A stretch of 64,000 bases of DNA. Source: an uncultured candidatus Porisulfidus sp. GTDB taxonomy: Bacteria > Pseudomonadota > Gammaproteobacteria > Poriferisulfidales > Poriferisulfidaceae. The stretch covers positions 1,184,001-1,248,000 of the forward strand of contig OZ220480.1 in assembly GCA_965116025.1 (NCBI GenBank). Reading direction: 5' to 3'. The position numbers and the translations under genes were made by a program. This document shows, one piece after another, positions 58,231-64,000 of this stretch. Position 1 is the first letter of the stretch. Each line of letters begins with the position of its first letter. The notes under the pieces were generated by a model. It was not told where the DNA came from, did not search any database, and was given only the letters and a program-made list of their open reading frames with translations.

Positions 58231-60987
58231 CTACATCCGCTCGATGCGCTCGCGCTGTTCCAGAAGCTGCGTTCGCGCGGTTTCCAGCTCCTCCAGCCGG
58301 TCTCGCTCTTTTCGCACGATCTCCTCTGGGGCTCGCGCGAGGAATCGCTCGTTGTCCAGTTTGCCGCGGGCCGCTCCGAGGGATCGCTCCAACTTTTTCA
58401 GTTCCCGACCAAGCCGGGCCAGCTCGGCCTCGCGGTCGATGAGGCCAGCCAGCGGGATCAGTAGTCGCATGCTTCCGACCAGCGCCGTGGCGGCTTCCGG
58501 CGCCGTCTCGCCGGGCTCCATCCAGCAAATCGACTCCGGGCGCGCGAGACTCTGGACCCAGTCCCGGGTCGCTTCAAGGCGCGCTTGGTCCCGTGCCGTC
58601 CAGTTCTCCAGAAGCACGGGCACCGGCCGTCCCGGGGCGATATCCATCTCCGCGCGGATCCGGCGAATTCCGCCGATGATCTCCCTCAGCCAGCGCATCG
58701 TCTCGAACGTCTCGGGGTCCTCATCGGCGCCGCGCGCGTCGGGCCAGCGGCGAGTCAGAAGCATATCGTCCCCGTCGTTTTCGCGGCGCGGGAGCTGGCG
58801 GTGCAACTCTTCGGTGATGAACGGCATGAACGGGTGCAGCAGGCGCAGGATCCGGTCGAACGTCGCGAGCAGAACGCGCAGGGTGGACTGCGCGGCGCCG
58901 TCCGGCGAGTCCTCGTTGAGAGTCGCCTTCGCGAGTTCCAGATACCAGTCGCAGAAGTCGCGCCACACGAAATCGTACAGCGTTTTCGCGGCCAAGTCGA
59001 AGCGATAGGATTCGAGGCGCTCGGTGACTTCCCGGGCGACTTGCCGGGAGCGGGCGGCGATCCAGCGGTCGACCAGGCTCGGCTCGGCCATGGGCGCGGA
59101 TTCGTCCAGCCGGTCGGCGCGCGTCCGCGCGAAACGCGCCGCGTTCCAGATTTTGTTGCAGAAATTCCGATAGCCCAGCACGCGTGGCAACTCGAAGCGC
59201 ACGTCGCGGCCAAGCGTCGCCTGGGTAGCGAAGCAAAAGCGCAGCGCGTCGGTCCCGCACGTCGGAAATCCTTCCGGAAACTCCTGGCTGGTCGCCCGCT
59301 CGATCGGGCGCGCTCGCCTAGGGTCCATCAGGTCGGCGACGCGCTTGCGGACCAGCTCTTCCGGCCCGATCCCGTCGATGACGTCAATCGGGTCGATGGT
59401 GTTGCCTTTCGACTTCGACATCTTCTGTCCGCGCGCGTCGCGCACCAGGCCGTGCACGTAAACGGCTCGGAACGGGACCTCGTCCAAGAAGTGCAGGCCC
59501 ATCATGATCATGCGGGCCACCCAGAAGAAGATGATGTCGAATCCCGTGACCAGCGCGTCGGTCGGATAGAAACGCTCCAAAGCCGGATCCTTTCCAGGCC
59601 AGCCGAGCGTCGAGAACGGCCACAAAGCCGAGGAGAACCAGGTGTCCAGCACGTCCTCGTCCTGGCGCAACGGCGCGTCGGGCGGGAGCCCGTGCTTTTC
59701 CCGAACTTCTCGCTCGCTTCGCCCCACGAGCGGCGCGTCATCGGCTCCGTACCAGGCGGGAATTCGGTGTCCCCACCACAACTGACGACTGACGCACCAG
59801 TCCTCGATGCGGTCCATCCACTCATAGTAGGTCTTGCTCCAGTTCTCGGGAACGAAGCGGACGCGGCCATCGCGGACCGCGGCCACGGCCCGGTCAGCCA
59901 GCGGGCGGACGCGGACGAACCACTGATCGGTCAGATAGGGCTCGACCACGGCGCCGCTTCGATCCCCGCGCGGAATGGTCAGGGCGTGCTCTTCCACGCC
60001 CGCTAGCAACCCTCGCGCATCGAGATCCTCCAGGACTCTCTCTCTCGCGCGCTCGCGGCTAAGTCCTCGGTACGCCTCGGGCGCCTCCTCTCCGATCCGC
60101 GCGTCGTCAGTGAGAATGTTGATCCTCGGAAGGTCGTGCCGCAGTCCGACTTGGTAGTCGTTGAAATCGTGCGCCGGCGTGATCTTCACGCACCCGGTGC
60201 CGAACTCCGGATCCACGCGCTCGTCCGCCACGACCGGGATCTCCCGCTCCGCCAGCGGCAGGAGCGCGGAACGCCCGATCCACTTTCGATAGCGGGGATC
60301 GCCGGGATGGACCGCCACCGCGGTGTCGCCCAGCATGGTTTCCGGGCGGGTGGTGGCGACCTCCAGCATCTCTTCGGAGCCGATGATCGGGTAACGCAGG
60401 CGCCACAGTCGTCCTCGCTCCTCCGAGGCGACCACCTCAAGGTCCGACAGGGCGGTGCGCAACGCCGGGTCCCAGTTGACCAGTCGCTCGCCACGGTAGA
60501 CCAGTCCTCGCTCGTGCAGTCGCACGAACGCCTCGCGCACCGCCTCGGACATGCCCCGGTCCATGGTGAATCGTTCGCGCGACCAGTCGACCGAGGCTCC
60601 CATTCGGCGGAGCTGCCGGGTGATGTTTCCTCCAGATTCGCGCTTCCAGGCCCAGACCTCCTCGACGAAGGCGTCCCGACCGAGGTCCCGACGCGTCCGC
60701 CCCTCGCGCTCCAGCTTGCGCTCGACCACCATCTGGGTGGCGATGCCGGCGTGGTCGGTCCCAGGTTGCCACAGGACGGCCTGACCCCGCATCCTCCGCC
60801 AGCGAGTCAGGATGTCCATCAGGGTGTCCTGGAACGCGTGCCCCATGTGCAGGGTTCCGGTCACGTTCGGGGGCGGGATCATGATGCAGAAGGGCTCGCC
60901 TTCCGCTCCCGGCGCGAAGGAGCCGCTCTCTTCCCAGCGTCGCCGCCAGAAAGCCTCGATTCGTTCGGGGTCGTAGCTTTTGTCCAT
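58231..60987 (-). CDS. valS: Valine--tRNA ligase
   Basis: [43 protein letters not shown]-terminal coiled coil. Confidence 0.98.
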   Translation of the reverse strand: MDKSYDPERIEAFWRRRWEESGSFAPGAEGEPFCIMIPPPNVTGTLHMGHAFQDTLMDILTRWRRMRGQAVLWQPGTDHAGIATQMVVERKLEREGRTRRDLGRDAFVEEVWAWKRESGGNITRQLRRMGASVDWSRERFTMDRGMSEAVREAFVRLHERGLVYRGERLVNWDPALRTALSDLEVVASEERGRLWRLRYPIIGSEEMLEVATTRPETMLGDTAVAVHPGDPRYRKWIGRSALLPLAEREIPVVADERVDPEFGTGCVKITPAHDFNDYQVGLRHDLPRINILTDDARIGEEAPEAYRGLSRERARERVLEDLDARGLLAGVEEHALTIPRGDRSGAVVEPYLTDQWFVRVRPLADRAVAAVRDGRVRFVPENWSKTYYEWMDRIEDWCVSRQLWWGHRIPAWYGADDAPLVGRSEREVREKHGLPPDAPLRQDEDVLDTWFSSALWPFSTLGWPGKDPALERFYPTDALVTGFDIIFFWVARMIMMGLHFLDEVPFRAVYVHGLVRDARGQKMSKSKGNTIDPIDVIDGIGPEELVRKRVADLMDPRRARPIERATSQEFPEGFPTCGTDALRFCFATQATLGRDVRFELPRVLGYRNFCNKIWNAARFARTRADRLDESAPMAEPSLVDRWIAARSRQVAREVTERLESYRFDLAAKTLYDFVWRDFCDWYLELAKATLNEDSPDGAAQSTLRVLLATFDRILRLLHPFMPFITEELHRQLPRRENDGDDMLLTRRWPDARGADEDPETFETMRWLREIIGGIRRIRAEMDIAPGRPVPVLLENWTARDQARLEATRDWVQSLARPESICWMEPGETAPEAATALVGSMRLLIPLAGLIDREAELARLGRELKKLERSLGAARGKLDNERFLARAPEEIVRKERDRLEELETARTQLLEQRERIERM

Positions 60988-61022
60988 GCGCGGAACCGCC
61001 CGGGGGCGGGGCCGTGGTCGCG

Positions 61023-61439
61023 TTACTGGACGATCTCGTGGAGATCCGGCTCTACGCCGCTCTCCCGATATTGGCGGTAGCGCGCGCGACCGTGGCTCTT
61101 GGTGTCGTCGTCGGGCCCGACCACCTCGGCGACCCGGGCGAACGATTCGGGGTCGTTCGGCATGTCGTTGGCCAGATTGATCAGCACGTCACGCTCTTGG
61201 GGCAACCATTCGTCATGGATGGTGACCTTGACGAGCGGGCTGGAGCTCTGGCCAAGACTGTGCGGCAGGAAGCTCTGGTCGCGGAAGGTCCACATTTTCG
61301 CGTCCAGGGACTCGGCGGCCCGCATGTCCGGGACCCGGACATGCACCCGGTGTCCGCGCTCCACGGCCTTCTCCGCGATTTGGCAGGCGACCCGCTCGCG
61401 GTCGCCGCGCTTGATGACGTAGAAGTGGACGTGATCCAC
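61023..61439 (-). CDS. holC: DNA polymerase III chi subunit
   Basis: [11 protein letters not shown]...[19 protein letters not shown]; lies between pepA and valS. Confidence 0.93.
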   Translation of the reverse strand: MDHVHFYVIKRGDRERVACQIAEKAVERGHRVHVRVPDMRAAESLDAKMWTFRDQSFLPHSLGQSSSPLVKVTIHDEWLPQERDVLINLANDMPNDPESFARVAEVVGPDDDTKSHGRARYRQYRESGVEPDLHEIVQ

Positions 61440-61441
61440 GG

Positions 61442-62932
61442 CTAGGAACGCGCGTCACGCATCAGGAAGTGCGTCAGCAGGGGCACGGGCCGGCCGGTCG
61501 CGCCCTTGCTCTGGCCCGTGTTCCAGGCGGTGCCGGCGATGTCGAGATGCGCCCATGGCGTGTCGCCGACGAAGCGCGACAGAAAGCAGGCGGCGGTGGT
61601 GGCCCCCGCGTAGCGCTTCCCGATGTTGGCGATATCGGCGAAGTTGCTGTCGAGCTCGGACTGGTAGTCGTCCCACAGCGGCAACGGCCACGCTCGGTCC
61701 CAGCTTTCCCGCCCGGCGGCCATAAGCGCGCGCTCCAGCGGCGCGTGCGAGGTGAACAGCCCGGACGCATGCTTGCCGAGCGCGTGCAGGCAGGCGCCGG
61801 TCAGGGTGGCGACATCGATTATCAGGCGCGGCTTGAAGCTCAGGGCGTAGTGGAGCGCGTCGCACAGGATGAGCCGGCCTTCGGCATCCGTGTTCAGGAT
61901 CTCCACGGTCTGCCCGGACGCGGTGGTGACCACGTCGCCGGGCCGGGTCGCCCGGCCGCCGGGCATGTTCTCGGTGGCCGGCACGACGCCGACCAGACGT
62001 TGCGGCAAATCCAGCGCCGCCGCCGCCCGGAGCGCGCCGAGCACGCTGGCCGCGCCGCACATGTCGAATTTCATCTCATCCATCGCGGAACTGGGCTTGA
62101 TCGAGATCCCGCCCGTGTCGAACGTGACGCCCTTGCCGACCAAAGCGATCGGGGGCCGCTCGCGGTCCTTCCCGCGGTACTCGACGACGATCAGACGAGG
62201 TTCTTCCGCGCTGCCCTGCGCCACGGCCAGGAACGCGCCCATACCGCGCTTCTCCAGCTCGCCGCGCCCGAGCGCCCGGACGCGAAAGCGCTTGTCCTGA
62301 TTCGCCAGCGAACGGGCCTCGCGGGCTAGATAGGTCGGCGTGCAGAGGTTGGGCGGAAGGTCTCCGAGGAGCCGGGCCCAGGTCATTCCGGACGCGATCG
62401 CGACGCCTTGCCTCACCGCCTCGCGGACCTTGGCCTGGCCCGCCGCGGAAGAGAGAATCGAGACGGATTTCAGGGGGACGGCCGGAGGCTTGGCGGAAGG
62501 CTTGGTCTCCTGGAAGACGTAGGCCGCGTTCTCCAGCGCCATCGTGGCTTGGCGCGCGTTCCACCGCGCGTTCCTGCCGGCGACCCGGATCTCGCTGATG
62601 GCCAGCGCCGCGGTCTCGACCGGGTCCTTATGCAGGACCCGCGCGATCTGGCGCGCCGTCTTGAGGAAGTCGTTCTCCCCGACCGCGTCGCTCTTCCCGA
62701 AGCCGGCCAGCAGCATCCGCGCGGCCTTCAGCCCGGCGGGGCGATACAATGCGTGAAGCGTTCCCGCCTCGCCCGCGGCGCCCCGCATGGAGAGGAGGTC
62801 GCTGACCGCGCCGCCCGTCGCCCGGTCCACGGCCCGGGCGCTGGGGGTCATTTGGCCGTCCTCGTAGACGCCGACCACCAGGCAGTCGCAGGCGGTTTTC
62901 GCGGGCGGGGAAGTCGTGACGGAATATTTCAT
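61442..62932 (-). CDS. pepA: Leucyl aminopeptidase
   Basis: VGKGVTFDTGGISIK, MKFDMCGA, NTDAEGRL, ATLTGA, HLDIAGTAW. Confidence 0.97.
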   Translation of the reverse strand: MKYSVTTSPPAKTACDCLVVGVYEDGQMTPSARAVDRATGGAVSDLLSMRGAAGEAGTLHALYRPAGLKAARMLLAGFGKSDAVGENDFLKTARQIARVLHKDPVETAALAISEIRVAGRNARWNARQATMALENAAYVFQETKPSAKPPAVPLKSVSILSSAAGQAKVREAVRQGVAIASGMTWARLLGDLPPNLCTPTYLAREARSLANQDKRFRVRALGRGELEKRGMGAFLAVAQGSAEEPRLIVVEYRGKDRERPPIALVGKGVTFDTGGISIKPSSAMDEMKFDMCGAASVLGALRAAAALDLPQRLVGVVPATENMPGGRATRPGDVVTTASGQTVEILNTDAEGRLILCDALHYALSFKPRLIIDVATLTGACLHALGKHASGLFTSHAPLERALMAAGRESWDRAWPLPLWDDYQSELDSNFADIANIGKRYAGATTAACFLSRFVGDTPWAHLDIAGTAWNTGQSKGATGRPVPLLTHFLMRDARS

Positions 62933-62954
62933 GAGGAGAATCTGGAGATTGCGG

Positions 62955-64000
62955 GTGACGAATCCAGATTTTATCAAACCCCGGCTGTCGATCCTGGACC
63001 GCTACCTGACGCGCGAGATCCTGCGGGCCGCGCTCGCGGTCACCGTGGCGTTGCTGCTGCTGATCGCGAGCAAGCTGCTCATGCAGCAGCTGGGCTACCT
63101 GATGGAGGGCAAGTTCTCCTCCGGCATCGTCCACGAGCTGCTGGCCAACAAGCTCCTCGCGTACTTCGCGCACATGCTGCCGCTGCTGATGCTTCTGTCG
63201 TCCGTTCTCGCGCTCGGGCGCATGCATCGGGACTCCGAGATGACGGCCCTGCGCTCCTGCGGCTATTCCGAGGCGCGTCTGTTGCTTCCCATGGCGATGG
63301 TCGGAGTCCCGCTGGCCGTCGCGCTGGCGGCGATGAGTCTCTACGTCACGCCCCGGTTGTCGCTTGAGGCGGAACTGGCGCACCATCAGGCGCGCTTGCG
63401 GGCGGGGGTCGACCTGATGCGGGAAGGAAGGTTCATGCAGACTCGGGACGGCCGTTGGGCGCTGTACGCGAGCCGCGCGGACGGGGAGGTCGCGGAAGAC
63501 GTGTTCTTCGCCAGCTATGAGGCCGAATCGAGGCGGGTCCATATCCAGACCGCCGCTCGAGCGAGACGGATCCTGGATGGCGAGGACGGCGTCGCCACGC
63601 TGGAATTCGAGGATGGACGATGGCACAGCGGATGGCCGGGAGACGCGGACTTCCAGACCATGACGTTCGATCGACACCGATTGCGGATCGATCTGGCTCC
63701 GCCCTCGGAGATATGGACGAACCCTCGGTACATGACTCCCGAACGGTTACGGGCGGACGGATCCCCGGCGGCGCGGGCGGAACTGCAGTGGCGATGGTCC
63801 GGGCCGGTCTCGCTGTTGCTGATGATGGCGCTGGCCGTCCCTCTGTCGAGAAGCTCGCCGCGCGAGGGAAAATACGCGCGCGCCGCCTACGCCATAGCGA
63901 TCTATCTGGTCTACGCGCAGTTCCAGTTGCTGGCGACCAGCCAGACGCGGGGAGGCAACTGGCCAGACTGGGCGGGCGTGTGGTGGGCGCACGCGCTGAT
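62955..64000 (+). CDS. lptF: LPS export ABC transporter permease LptF (3' truncated; absent from the ORF track)
   Basis: Own translation: ILDRYLTREIL...LGRMHRDSEMTALRSCG...AELQWR...ALAVPLS...PREGKY; frame open to the window end; divergent from pepA as is typical. Confidence 0.9.
   Translation, partial: MTNPDFIKPRLSILDRYLTREILRAALAVTVALLLLIASKLLMQQLGYLMEGKFSSGIVHELLANKLLAYFAHMLPLLMLLSSVLALGRMHRDSEMTALRSCGYSEARLLLPMAMVGVPLAVALAAMSLYVTPRLSLEAELAHHQARLRAGVDLMREGRFMQTRDGRWALYASRADGEVAEDVFFASYEAESRRVHIQTAARARRILDGEDGVATLEFEDGRWHSGWPGDADFQTMTFDRHRLRIDLAPPSEIWTNPRYMTPERLRADGSPAARAELQWRWSGPVSLLLMMALAVPLSRSSPREGKYARAAYAIAIYLVYAQFQLLATSQTRGGNWPDWAGVWWAHAL

Overview
High-GC bacterial chromosomal window, most likely a gammaproteobacterium (inferred from the gyrA-serC-pheA-hisC-tyrA-aroA-cmk-rpsA-ihfB-lapAB-pyrF, lptF/pepA-holC-valS and rplM-rpsI gene orders). 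The housekeeping backbone also includes uvrB, purEK, purC, argB, glnA, efp, psd, gltB and dnaG, with four tRNAs (Ser-CGA, Gln-CTG, Pro-CGG, Met-CAT) and a cobalamin riboswitch before a BtuB-like receptor. Single-gene accessory insertions with no visible integrase or transposase interrupt it: two Fic genes, a 1680-aa nuclease-helicase-methyltransferase (Type ISP-like), a GmrSD-like gene plus a decayed hicB, a UDG-like/PPTase pair, a coiled-coil repeat protein, a TbpB-like lipoprotein and an autotransporter. The most notable observations are: (1) a PEPCK-like protein whose Walker-A loop appears moved from its internal position to the extreme C-terminus; (2) an autotransporter out of frame at a G22 tract in its signal-peptide region, a candidate phase-variation switch; (3) four AGCGA motifs at exact 24-bp spacing over the promoter of an AbiEi-like/Fic gene; (4) an unannotated hicB pseudogene. 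Family calls come from motif recognition only; no searches were run.
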